From assembly GCA_964645555.1 (NCBI GenBank), contig CAZYBP010000001.1:759-64758 (forward strand): a stretch of DNA of 64,000 nucleotides, in the 5' to 3' direction. Below are positions 29,931 to 39,161 of this stretch, one piece after another. The notes beneath the pieces are model-generated. The model was not told where the DNA came from. It saw only the letters and a program-made list of their open reading frames with translations, and did not search any database. Made by a program: the position numbers and the translations under genes. Positions within the stretch are counted from its first letter, which is position 1. Each line of letters begins with the position of its first letter. This DNA is from an uncultured Gammaproteobacteria bacterium (GTDB lineage: Bacteria; Patescibacteriota; Microgenomatia; Daviesbacterales; UBA10151).

Positions 29931-31178
29931 TTAAAATTGCAATATTGTACGGGTTGATAAAACTCTTTGTATTTCCTCTTGGCTTCTTTTAATCTCCCTC
30001 AAAATAATCTTGTGCGGTACTAAAACCACCAAAAGGTCTTTACCCAAACAAAGATTCAGTAGAGTCTTCGGATATTTTAAAGCGGAAACTAACGGATCAA
30101 AATGAGAAACAGTAATACCCCTCTTTTTTAATATTTTAACTACCTTAATTGCAGGACTCTCTCGGGTATCAGTAGAATCAACTTTATATGATGCTCCTAA
30201 AACTAGTACTTTAGGCTTTTTAATACCTCTTAGCTTGCTCGCTATGCGTTCTGCAATGTTAGCCGGCACTTGATCGTTAATTTTCCTTGAGGTTGAAATT
30301 AATTTTGAGTTTATCTGATCCACCTCATAAATGAACCAGGGATCTATAGGGATACAGTGTCCTCCGACGCCAATACCAGGATTTAAAATATTGACCCGTG
30401 GATGTTTGTTGGCCAAAGCAATTACTTTTCGGGCTTCTACACCTAAATTTTTCGCGGTTTGGGCAAACTCATTTGCCAAAGCAATATTTACATCTCTAAA
30501 AGAGTTTTCCATCAATTTGCAAAGTTCCGCACTTACTATATCTGTTTTGTATATGTTCCCTTTGACAAAGGACTTGTAAACTTTCTCAGCAAGCTGGCAG
30601 GATTTCTCATCTACACCTCCGATAATCCTGTCATTATGGACAATTTCATAGTAGATATTTCCCGGTAAAATCCGTTCCGGGCAATGCGCTAGGGAAATAT
30701 CTTTACCGGCAATAAGTCCGGTTTTTTCCAGAATTGGTATTGCTAAATTGTTACAAGTATTAGGAGGAATTGTGGATTCAATAATCACCAAATCACCTTT
30801 TTTTAAAAATGGTATGGTTGCCTCTAAGGCTTTTTTCACAAAAGAAAGATCTGCCTTTTTTTTGTTATGAAGCAGCGGGGTTGGAACTGTTATGATAAAA
30901 GTATCTGCTTGAGTCGGAGTCTGCCTTAAAAACAAATTTTTCTTTACTTTAGGGTTTTTTAATAAACGCTGCAGTTGGCTTTCCTGAACTTGAGGCGGCA
31001 ATAAACCATTTTTTAAACCGTCAATTACCTTCCTATTAATATCTACCCCAATAACTTTGTAGCCCGCTTTGGCAAGAAGCAAGGCTGCAGGCAAACCTAC
31101 CACCCCTAAACCCAAAACTACAACATTACTTTTTTCCATATACCTCTCTTTGCCATTCAATTGTTTTCGGTATTCCAA
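29931..31178 (-). CDS. Nucleotide-sugar dehydrogenase (UDP-N-acetyl-D-mannosamine dehydrogenase WecC-like / Ugd family)
   Basis: N-terminal Rossmann motif VVVLGLGVVGLPAALLLA, catalytic GGHCIPIDP, about 415 aa. The start may be the internal Met (MEKSNVVV...). Confidence 0.7.
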   Translation of the reverse strand: MEYRKQLNGKERYMEKSNVVVLGLGVVGLPAALLLAKAGYKVIGVDINRKVIDGLKNGLLPPQVQESQLQRLLKNPKVKKNLFLRQTPTQADTFIITVPTPLLHNKKKADLSFVKKALEATIPFLKKGDLVIIESTIPPNTCNNLAIPILEKTGLIAGKDISLAHCPERILPGNIYYEIVHNDRIIGGVDEKSCQLAEKVYKSFVKGNIYKTDIVSAELCKLMENSFRDVNIALANEFAQTAKNLGVEARKVIALANKHPRVNILNPGIGVGGHCIPIDPWFIYEVDQINSKLISTSRKINDQVPANIAERIASKLRGIKKPKVLVLGASYKVDSTDTRESPAIKVVKILKKRGITVSHFDPLVSALKYPKTLLNLCLGKDLLVVLVPHKIILREIKRSQEEIQRVLSTRTILQF

Positions 31179-32055
31179 CAGACAAGGGTGTCATACTTGC
31201 ATGCTTTAAATCCTTTACCGCCTTTTTTATATTGGATTTTTTGTCTTTTGTGTTGTGTTTTTCAAACTGTACGTATTTAACAAGTTTATCTGTTTTACCC
31301 AAATACGCAAGTATCATATCGGATAAACTTTTAATATCGTGATACTGCGTTCCGGCAATATTATAAACCTCACCGGGTTTGAAATTCTTAACAATGTTTG
31401 CCAAAGTTTGGACTGTATCATCTATATAGGAAGAGGTCCGGTGGTGATTAAGATACACTGTATAGGGCAAATCAAAAAGAGCCTTATAGATAAATTGGCA
31501 TATTACACTACGGTACTCCGAAAAGTATTCCCCCGGGCCATAAGTATTAAAGAGGCGAACTCGGACAGTTTCTGTCCCGAATCTATCTGCAGAGTTTAGA
31601 ATCTGCATCTCATTTACCCATTTCGAAATAGCATAATCGTTCATTTGCCTGATTGGATGCTTACTTATTACATCCTCCCCCATTACATCCGGCCAATCTC
31701 CATACACCTCACTGCTGCTTGCAAAAATCATTTTAAATTTATTTTTCTCCTGAAATCTTAAGATGTTTTTAGTACCTATTGCATTACTTTTCCAAAGCCG
31801 TCCGTAGTAATCTTCACCGTTATGTCTTCCAAATTCAGCAGCCAAATGGTAAACAAAATCAAAGTCCGATCTCTCAAACAAATGTTCAACCTCACGGTAT
31901 TCACTCACATCGCAACGTATATAATTTGGTCCCCCGCTGTGCAAAAGATCACATACCCAAACTTCATGCCCCCCGTCACGCAGTAATTTGACTAAAGGAG
32001 CGCCAACAGCTCCTAATCCTCCGGTTACCAAAATTTTTAGTTTCTTTTTAGACAT
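31126..32055 (-). CDS. NAD-dependent epimerase/dehydratase (extended SDR)
   Basis: ILVTGGLGAVGAPLV glycine-rich NAD motif, 309 aa. Confidence 0.65.
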   Translation of the reverse strand: MSKKKLKILVTGGLGAVGAPLVKLLRDGGHEVWVCDLLHSGGPNYIRCDVSEYREVEHLFERSDFDFVYHLAAEFGRHNGEDYYGRLWKSNAIGTKNILRFQEKNKFKMIFASSSEVYGDWPDVMGEDVISKHPIRQMNDYAISKWVNEMQILNSADRFGTETVRVRLFNTYGPGEYFSEYRSVICQFIYKALFDLPYTVYLNHHRTSSYIDDTVQTLANIVKNFKPGEVYNIAGTQYHDIKSLSDMILAYLGKTDKLVKYVQFEKHNTKDKKSNIKKAVKDLKHASMTPLSVGIPKTIEWQREVYGKK

Positions 32056-33214
32056 AATTTAAAACCCTTGATATATTCTTATCAAATAATTTACCACAAT
32101 CAAACTGACTAACAAAATTTAAAGCATTTTCTCTGTACTCTTTTAATAATTTCCTATCAGATAGAAGTTTAATTACCGCCTTTGTTAAATCCTCTTTTTT
32201 ATAATTAACAACTAATCCTGACCTGGTTTTAATAATCTGTTTACTATAAGAAACAGCACAGGTAGTGATAACCGGCATACCCATTAACATATAATCTTTT
32301 ATTTTACCGGGATCGCCGTTTTTTACCCTGTCGTCGGTAATTTTAGTATTGAAAGTGGCAATACCTAAGGCTCCGTCAGACATGCACTCTTCAAGTATTT
32401 TTCTGTCTTTTACCCAACCATAAAATTTTACGCAACCGCCAACCTTAAGTCTTTGTACTTCACTTTCCAAATGCGCTCGATATTGCCCGTCGCCAAAAAT
32501 TTCTAAAACTGCTCCGGGGATTTTTTTAACTATTTGGGGCATGGCATTGATTATCAAATCAACTCCCATCCAATCAAAAAGAGACCCCCTATAAACAATT
32601 TTTTTTGTGTTTATTTTATTAAATGGTAATCTTTTAGTTTTATTAACCCAGACACAGATGGGAAAAACATACTGTTTGGCATCTCTTTTTAATCCCATCC
32701 TTTTTTCTCTTGCATCAATCATATATTCTGAAACATTCCAGGTTTCATCCGCATACTGGACACAAATCTTATCAAATTGGAAATAAAGCCAATTTAAAAA
32801 TTTATTATCAAATCTGGTAGGCTCATAATCAACCGGGTGATAAATAACTTTCCTTATTTTTCCCATTTTTTTCAGAAGCAATGCTACTAATACATTAATA
32901 TTATTTATTCCAAAAAAAGCATCCCAAATACCTTCATACTTTAAACACCAAAGAAATGTATATACCATATCTTTTAAATGAAGTAGCGGTCTCGGCATAA
33001 CCCAATGAAATGCATTTTTCTTTATGATTAATTTACTGTTTTTAAAATATTCAAACCGCGAACTTCCTTTATAGCTTTCTTTATTCTCAAGTAACGGATG
33101 ACCTATTAGGAGTAATTCCGTGGAGTATTTCTCCAGCAGATATTCTTTAATGTGTTCACCGATGTAACAAGGCAAAGTCTCATGGTAAGCAATAACCACT
33201 CTATATTTTTTCAT
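32048..33214 (-). CDS. Glycosyltransferase, GT-B fold (GT4-like)
   Basis: C-terminal domain of GT4 type (…EIFGDGQYRAHLESEVQRL…GMPVITT). Starts MKKYR with the shared 5' cassette. Confidence 0.6.
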   Translation of the reverse strand: MKKYRVVIAYHETLPCYIGEHIKEYLLEKYSTELLLIGHPLLENKESYKGSSRFEYFKNSKLIIKKNAFHWVMPRPLLHLKDMVYTFLWCLKYEGIWDAFFGINNINVLVALLLKKMGKIRKVIYHPVDYEPTRFDNKFLNWLYFQFDKICVQYADETWNVSEYMIDAREKRMGLKRDAKQYVFPICVWVNKTKRLPFNKINTKKIVYRGSLFDWMGVDLIINAMPQIVKKIPGAVLEIFGDGQYRAHLESEVQRLKVGGCVKFYGWVKDRKILEECMSDGALGIATFNTKITDDRVKNGDPGKIKDYMLMGMPVITTCAVSYSKQIIKTRSGLVVNYKKEDLTKAVIKLLSDRKLLKEYRENALNFVSQFDCGKLFDKNISRVLNYV

Positions 33215-33290
33215 AAAAATTCAAGATACTTCTTCTATTTTTTCATAAAAATTCAAGATTCTTCTTCTATTTTTTCATAAAATTCAACTA
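33206..33290. repeat. Tandem 32-nt repeat (about 2.6 copies) spanning the wecB stop / GT4 start junction
   Basis: The unit ttttttcataaaaattcaagatWcttcttctattt occurs at 33206-33240 and 33238-33272, with a partial third copy to 33290. On the coding strand each unit carries ...TAGAAGAAG.ATCTTGAATTTTTATGAAAAAA. The copies encode both the C-terminal YEKIEEES of the epimerase and the MKK start of the next gene. Confidence 0.6.
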
Positions 33291-34344
33291 ATGTTTTTAC
33301 TATTAGTTGGCCTGAATTACCTTTACCAAAAACGTTTTTCTTCCAGTAAACCTTTCCTTTTCTATATGCATCAATTGCCTTCTTTAATTTATCTTTGTTT
33401 AAACCAACCAAAAAATTGGCAGTTAAAGTCTCTGGCCTTTCGGTAGATTCCCTTAAGGTAATGAGCCATTTTTTCAATATATATGCCTCTTCCTGAATAC
33501 CGCCCGAATCTGTCAAGATAATATGCGAGAAGTTTATCAAAGTAAGCATATCTAAATAATTTATCGGTGGAAATGTTTTTATTTTCTTGTCCAATTTAAT
33601 TTTATTTAATTTCAAACGCTTATATGTATGGGGATGTATCGGCCAAATAATTTCCCTGTTTAAAAAGCTTATTGCATATTCAAACAATAAAATAAGCTGC
33701 TTAAGACGATTTATATCGTCGACATTTTCTGTACGGTGTGCAGTAACCAGAATATAATTATTTTTTTTCAAACCTAACTTTTCTAAAATATCAGACTTTT
33801 CTCCAGCATCAAAGTGTTTTCTCAAAGCATCAACAATAGTATTACCCGTGACAAATATCCGTTCTTTGGCTATACCATCACGCAGTAAGTTTTCTTTTGT
33901 ACCTTTTGTTGGAGCAAATAATATATCACTAATTTTGTCGGTAATAATTCTGTTTATCTCTTCAGGCATTTTATTATCAAAGCTTCTAAGTCCTGCCTCA
34001 ACATGCGCTACTGCTATATGTAGCTTTTTGGCAGCCAGTGACCCTGCCAGCATTGTATTAGTATCCCCATGAACAACTAAAATCTTCGGTCTCTCTTCTT
34101 TTAAAACCCTCTCCACTTCTATCATAATTTTTCCTGTTTGCTCGGCATGGGAGCCTGAACCAATGTTAAGTGTATAGTTAGATTTGGGAAGAATTAAATC
34201 ATCGGTGATATTTTTATTAAGCTCATCAGAATAATGCTGACCGGAATGTATTAAAATATACGGCAATTTTTTTAGCTCTAATTCCTTAATGACAGGAGCC
34301 AGTTTTATAAACTCAGGCCTGGTCCCAAAAAGTACCGCAATCAT
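33253..34344 (-). CDS. wecB: UDP-N-acetylglucosamine 2-epimerase (non-hydrolysing; WecB/MnaA family)
   Basis: MIAVLFGTRPEFIKLAPVI...IHSGQHYS...HVEAGLRSFD, near-diagnostic for the family. Confidence 0.85.
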   Translation of the reverse strand: MIAVLFGTRPEFIKLAPVIKELELKKLPYILIHSGQHYSDELNKNITDDLILPKSNYTLNIGSGSHAEQTGKIMIEVERVLKEERPKILVVHGDTNTMLAGSLAAKKLHIAVAHVEAGLRSFDNKMPEEINRIITDKISDILFAPTKGTKENLLRDGIAKERIFVTGNTIVDALRKHFDAGEKSDILEKLGLKKNNYILVTAHRTENVDDINRLKQLILLFEYAISFLNREIIWPIHPHTYKRLKLNKIKLDKKIKTFPPINYLDMLTLINFSHIILTDSGGIQEEAYILKKWLITLRESTERPETLTANFLVGLNKDKLKKAIDAYRKGKVYWKKNVFGKGNSGQLIVKTLVEFYEKIEEES

Positions 34345-34379
34345 AAATGGTATTATACATTAACAATAGAGGATATAAT

Positions 34380-36716
34380 ATGCTCTCCATGATACCTTTA
34401 CTGTATCTAATTTTATTAACAGTTACTCTCATCGGCACTGTATTATCCCGAAGCCTCATTGATGAAAAAAGACTTTTTATTAATATTCCTGTAGGGATGA
34501 TTTTAGGGACTAGCCTCTATATTTTTTTACTGAATATATTTTCAAAGTTTTTTCCGGGTCAGATGGGCATCATTTTTTCCACAATCAGTCTATTGCTGAT
34601 AGCAATATTTACTTCCTTTTTCCACTATAAAAAAATTATTAATGTTAAATGGCCAAAGCTTCTAAATATATTACTTCTTCTGGTTATAACAATTCCAGTT
34701 ATTTATTTTGCAAGACTCAAGATGACTTCAGTTTTTCCCGTAGCAGATTCTGACATGCAGTGGGCTTATGCTGCCAGTTTCACAAGAGGCAATTATCCGC
34801 TAAAAGTTCCCTGGCAACCTGATTTGACTCCAAATTATCATCTTGGGGCATATTTTTTTGAAGGAGCATTATTGACTCTTACCGGCTTACCTTTAATAAC
34901 TATACACTCTGTGTTAAATGTTTACTTTTTAATAGCGGGAGTTTTATTTGCAATTTTTCTTTTTTGGGAAAAAAACCGATTTCAAAACATTTGGCTTATT
35001 TTGGCTTCCATCGTAACTTATATATCCTTTGGAGTATTAATATTAATATTACCAAGTCAAAATTTTTTTCAGGTTTTAGATATCCACTCTCTCTTTAATG
35101 CAATTACACAACTTCCCTATTTGTGGGCAAAAGGAACTGCAGGGGCAGCTTTAGTTGACCTCAATTCATTGAGTTATCTGCCTGCCCGTTCGCTTGGTAT
35201 TGGGTTGGCTTTTTTAGCTTATTATTTTACTTTCATACCCTTTAGAAACTCAAAAATAAAGATTTTGTCCTTCGTTTTACTTTTTTCTGTTACTGCCTTG
35301 GTTGAGGAATCGGTATTTCTACCGTTATTTTTAACCTTAGTGTCAATATACCTGCTATCCCTTTTACAATTCCTCCCCTCCCTTAATGATTTAAAAAAAC
35401 ATAGCAAAGGTTTATTAATAACAATTTCTGCCATAGCCGTTACCGTCTTACTACAAGGCGGATTTGTCTCGGATTTATTAACTCAAAAAGGCTCGGCTTA
35501 TAATATCCTCCTGCCTCTTTCTAAGTCTTTTTTGGACAGATTCCCTGCAAGTTTTTCTATAATGCCTTCAATCTCAACACCATATAATTTACTGATCCTC
35601 TCCCCATTTATTCTTTCAGTGATAGTTTTGGTTTATTCCATTTTCAAAAAAAGAAGAAACTTGGCCGTTTTCTGCCTTTTTTCTTTAGTTTCTCTTTTCT
35701 CCTATTTGACAATTGAATATAAATATTCTCCTACAAATAATATCAGGTTTTATAATTTTGCCTCCATTAGTTCAGGCCTAGCCTTCGTTTATTTTCTTTA
35801 TGATTTGATGAAGGATAGGTCTTTGTCAAAGAATCTTGTTGTGTTTTCCGTTTTAAGCTTTCTAATGCTTCCCTCATTTATACCGGAGATTATAAACCAG
35901 TCAAAACAACTTCAAACAGCCCGGATGAATGATAACCGCTCCAAAATATTAATATCTTCTCATCCTTTAACCCCTTTTGAAAAAATAAGTGATTGGGCAA
36001 ATAAAAATTTACCCCCGGATAGTAGGCTGGTAAGTATTGATACTGATATACCGTCTCCAAAACGGTCTGTGCAATTTCAATATAAAGGCCTATACACCAC
36101 TCTTGCCCCTCAATATATTCATACTACCCGTCCCGAACCAGGTACGGAGTATTTTGACCTCATATTGACCTTAAACCCTTCAATCCTCAAGCAAACAAAA
36201 ACGCAATATGTGTATATAGAATCAGAATCCGATGCATACAAACAACTGCCTAAATTTAGGAAAGATGAGCTGGAAGACGAAAACTATTTTGAAAAGTTAC
36301 AATCAGTGGATTACCAGGATAATCAAAAAAAGGAGATCTTTTTCAGATTATACAGGGTCCTCCCTCAATACTTAGATCCTCAAAGTGGCGTAAAAGAGAT
36401 TAATGAGGGAACATTAAGGACTTTAAACATTTTAATTCCTAACTTGTCTACTGTTTATATCTCAGATTATGGCGACCCGCCGCATTTTTCTTTTTGGTAT
36501 AGAATGGCCGTAGTCTTACAGTTAAAGGACAAACAAATCAGAAGAAATATCTCACAAACCGATTACCAGGCTATTGAGACTAACCTTATTTATACAACCG
36601 GAAATTCAAACCAAAGGTATGATTATTATATTTCAGCTCCCAATCAGAAGCCCTTCTTACCGGCAACACTTATCTGGTCAAATATTTATGCCTCGGCTTG
36701 GAAAATTGATGGTTGA
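34380..36716 (+). CDS. Family-C polytopic membrane protein with C-terminal soluble domain (GT-C-like candidate)
   Basis: About 12 TM helices. Conserved loop ADSDMQWAYAASFTRGN...WQPDLTPNYHLGAYFFEGAL is shared with 53137..55452. Start chosen at ATG 34380, preceded by AGAGGA. Confidence 0.6.
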   Translation: MLSMIPLLYLILLTVTLIGTVLSRSLIDEKRLFINIPVGMILGTSLYIFLLNIFSKFFPGQMGIIFSTISLLLIAIFTSFFHYKKIINVKWPKLLNILLLLVITIPVIYFARLKMTSVFPVADSDMQWAYAASFTRGNYPLKVPWQPDLTPNYHLGAYFFEGALLTLTGLPLITIHSVLNVYFLIAGVLFAIFLFWEKNRFQNIWLILASIVTYISFGVLILILPSQNFFQVLDIHSLFNAITQLPYLWAKGTAGAALVDLNSLSYLPARSLGIGLAFLAYYFTFIPFRNSKIKILSFVLLFSVTALVEESVFLPLFLTLVSIYLLSLLQFLPSLNDLKKHSKGLLITISAIAVTVLLQGGFVSDLLTQKGSAYNILLPLSKSFLDRFPASFSIMPSISTPYNLLILSPFILSVIVLVYSIFKKRRNLAVFCLFSLVSLFSYLTIEYKYSPTNNIRFYNFASISSGLAFVYFLYDLMKDRSLSKNLVVFSVLSFLMLPSFIPEIINQSKQLQTARMNDNRSKILISSHPLTPFEKISDWANKNLPPDSRLVSIDTDIPSPKRSVQFQYKGLYTTLAPQYIHTTRPEPGTEYFDLILTLNPSILKQTKTQYVYIESESDAYKQLPKFRKDELEDENYFEKLQSVDYQDNQKKEIFFRLYRVLPQYLDPQSGVKEINEGTLRTLNILIPNLSTVYISDYGDPPHFSFWYRMAVVLQLKDKQIRRNISQTDYQAIETNLIYTTGNSNQRYDYYISAPNQKPFLPATLIWSNIYASAWKIDG

Positions 36717-36732
36717 TGATAGTATATATAAA

Positions 36733-38151
36733 ATGAAAACTTATCAATTTGATGTAGTTATAGTTGGATCAGGACCTGCAGGAGTCCATGCTGCATACCC
36801 TTTAATTAAGGCGGGATTAAAAGTTGCTATTATTGACGGTGGTCTGGATAGCAAAAAGCAAGATAAGAAACTTAGCGATTTTTTAGATGTTCATTTCAGA
36901 GAAACAAGCAACGCGTACGATCTGATCAAACAAAGCAGTTATGTATTCAATAAAACCTACCAACTCCTAAAAATAAACAGTAATATCGAAATCATTCAAA
37001 GCTTAGCAAAAGGAGGATTGTCGCAACAATGGCATGGTATCAGTGATTTTTTCTCAAATAAGGAATTAGAAAGAATTGGACTACCATCAAACGAGATACA
37101 AGCTGAATATAAAGAGATAGCTAAACTTATAAAACTTAAATTGGAAGGAAATCTGGACTACCATGCTAAGGCACTTTTAAAAACTGCAGAGAGTAAGCCT
37201 AATCTTAAAGAGAAACTATACCGGGTCCCGCTCGCCTTTCCTTACCGAACCAGTTCTGATATTGAATATTTCAAAAAATTTAAAAACTTTACATATATCC
37301 CCAATCAATTAGTGTTTACAGTAAAGGATATTAAAACTTGTGTGAAAATTGAAAGCCGATCAATTAATAAACAATCTACACTACAAACTAAAGCAGGATA
37401 TGTAATTTTGGCAGCCGGCTCAATTAACACTACCAGAATATTACTAAGAAGCTTAAACCTATTTAACTACAAAACCACATTTTTAACTAAAGCTCATTAT
37501 ATTACCGCCTGTATGCATCCAAGGACTTTCTTACTCCGATCATCTGAAAAATACTTAAAAAAATCAGGATTAGGGCAACTTGTCATCGCTGATAAAAAAA
37601 TAGGTAAAGGAGTCGGTGCTTTTTTTATACAACTATATAGATTTAATCCGCTGGTGATACATAAAGTATTAAAGCATATTCCTTTACCCAAAATAATGGC
37701 ATTACCTCTAATGTCAATTTTTGCTCCCTTTTTAATGATAGCTGACATAAGATTTGCAGCTTCTGAATCGAAAAAGAGATTCTGTAGATTATTAAAAGAT
37801 GCCGATAAAAATGATGTTTTAGAAATTTCATTCCAAGAATCTTTAAAAGAAATGAAAAATCATGAAAGTGAGTTTGTCAAAATTTCCCGTCAGTTAAATT
37901 CCCTCGGGTTATTCCCTCTTAAGACGGTTAAGGACTACACCACCTCCCATTATGCCGGAGGGGTACCTTATATGAAAAATCCGGGTAAAATATCAGTTAA
38001 TTTAAACGGCAGGCTACACCAGGCAAACAGAATTTATGTTGCTGACTCTGCAAGTTGGCGGGCACTACCGGCTAAAGCACCAACCTTGACAATAATGGCC
38101 AACGCTGCCAGAATTGGTAAAAAAGTTTTAGCAAAATTAGCGTTACACTGA
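36733..38151 (+). CDS. FAD-dependent oxidoreductase (GMC-like)
   Basis: FDVVIVGSGPAGV Rossmann FAD motif at the N-terminus. C-terminal YVADSASWRALPAKAPTLTIMANAARIG resembles the GMC C-terminal signature. Confidence 0.5.
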   Translation: MKTYQFDVVIVGSGPAGVHAAYPLIKAGLKVAIIDGGLDSKKQDKKLSDFLDVHFRETSNAYDLIKQSSYVFNKTYQLLKINSNIEIIQSLAKGGLSQQWHGISDFFSNKELERIGLPSNEIQAEYKEIAKLIKLKLEGNLDYHAKALLKTAESKPNLKEKLYRVPLAFPYRTSSDIEYFKKFKNFTYIPNQLVFTVKDIKTCVKIESRSINKQSTLQTKAGYVILAAGSINTTRILLRSLNLFNYKTTFLTKAHYITACMHPRTFLLRSSEKYLKKSGLGQLVIADKKIGKGVGAFFIQLYRFNPLVIHKVLKHIPLPKIMALPLMSIFAPFLMIADIRFAASESKKRFCRLLKDADKNDVLEISFQESLKEMKNHESEFVKISRQLNSLGLFPLKTVKDYTTSHYAGGVPYMKNPGKISVNLNGRLHQANRIYVADSASWRALPAKAPTLTIMANAARIGKKVLAKLALH

Positions 38152-38174
38152 GTAATGTTCGCTATACTCAAATT

Positions 38175-39161
38175 ATGAAAAAAATTATTATTACAGGTGG
38201 CGCAGGTTTCATCGGCAGTAATCTGATTGATTCACTGTTAAAAGATAATCCCAGTATTCAAATCACTTGTATCGACAATTTCGATTCCTTCTATGGCAAG
38301 GATATAAAAATGCGCAATATAAAAAGACATCTAAGAAACCCTAGATTTAAACTGATAGAAGGAGATATACTCGATATTGACACTATAAAAAAACTTTACT
38401 CCGCAATAAAAAATAATCTAGATAAAAAAATTGACGCTATAGTGCATTTGGCGGCCAAAGTAGGAGTCAGGCCAAGTGTAGAAAATCCCGGAATCTATAC
38501 ACAAGTTAATATTGTGGGCACTCAAAACATGTTGGAATTGGCACGTCAGTTGCAATGTGAAAAATTTATTTTTGCTTCGTCAAGCAGCGTATACGGCTTA
38601 AACTCAAATTTCCCCTGGAAGGAAGAAGACCGTCTGCTTTTACCTGCCAGTCCTTATGCCCTTTCCAAAATTTCCGGAGAACTGCTTGGGTCTGTTTACT
38701 CTAGATTGTTCGGCATCCAGTTTATAGCCCTTAGACTATTTACTGTTTACGGTCCCAGACAAAGACCGGATTTAGCAATTCATAAATTCACAAAACTTAT
38801 CCTGCAAGGAAAACCCATTCATCTTTTTGGTAACGGAGAAAGCCTCAGGGATTACACTTATATTGATGATATTGTCAGAGGATTTAAGGCAGCGCTAAAT
38901 TATTCATCCTCAAAATATGAAATTATCAATTTAGGCAATAACAAACCTATCAAACTAATCGAGCTTATATCTCTACTGGAAAAAGTGATAAAAAAGAAAG
39001 CAATCATTAAAAAAAGGCCAAATCAGGCAGGAGACGTACCTCTGACTTTTGCTGATATAAGCAAGGCTCAAAAGCTGCTGGGGTATCTGCCAAAAAATAA
39101 TGTAAAAGCCGGTCTGCAAAGATTTTTCAATTGGTTTAAAAAACAAAATATTCAATTATGA
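38175..39161 (+). CDS. NAD-dependent nucleotide-sugar epimerase (UDP-glucuronate 4-epimerase-like extended SDR)
   Basis: IIITGGAGFIGSNL, catalytic YALSK, and TVYGPRQRPDLA resembling the TVYGPWGRPDMA block of UDP-GlcA 4-epimerases. Confidence 0.6.
   Translation: MKKIIITGGAGFIGSNLIDSLLKDNPSIQITCIDNFDSFYGKDIKMRNIKRHLRNPRFKLIEGDILDIDTIKKLYSAIKNNLDKKIDAIVHLAAKVGVRPSVENPGIYTQVNIVGTQNMLELARQLQCEKFIFASSSSVYGLNSNFPWKEEDRLLLPASPYALSKISGELLGSVYSRLFGIQFIALRLFTVYGPRQRPDLAIHKFTKLILQGKPIHLFGNGESLRDYTYIDDIVRGFKAALNYSSSKYEIINLGNNKPIKLIELISLLEKVIKKKAIIKKRPNQAGDVPLTFADISKAQKLLGYLPKNNVKAGLQRFFNWFKKQNIQL

Noticed and set aside
34374-34379. TATAAT immediately abutting the ATG at 34380 as a -10 promoter element
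   Set aside because: A -10 box 0 nt from the start codon cannot position a TSS upstream of it. The adjacent AGAGGA is better explained as a Shine-Dalgarno sequence, and the TATAAT is probably coincidental in this AT-rich spacer.
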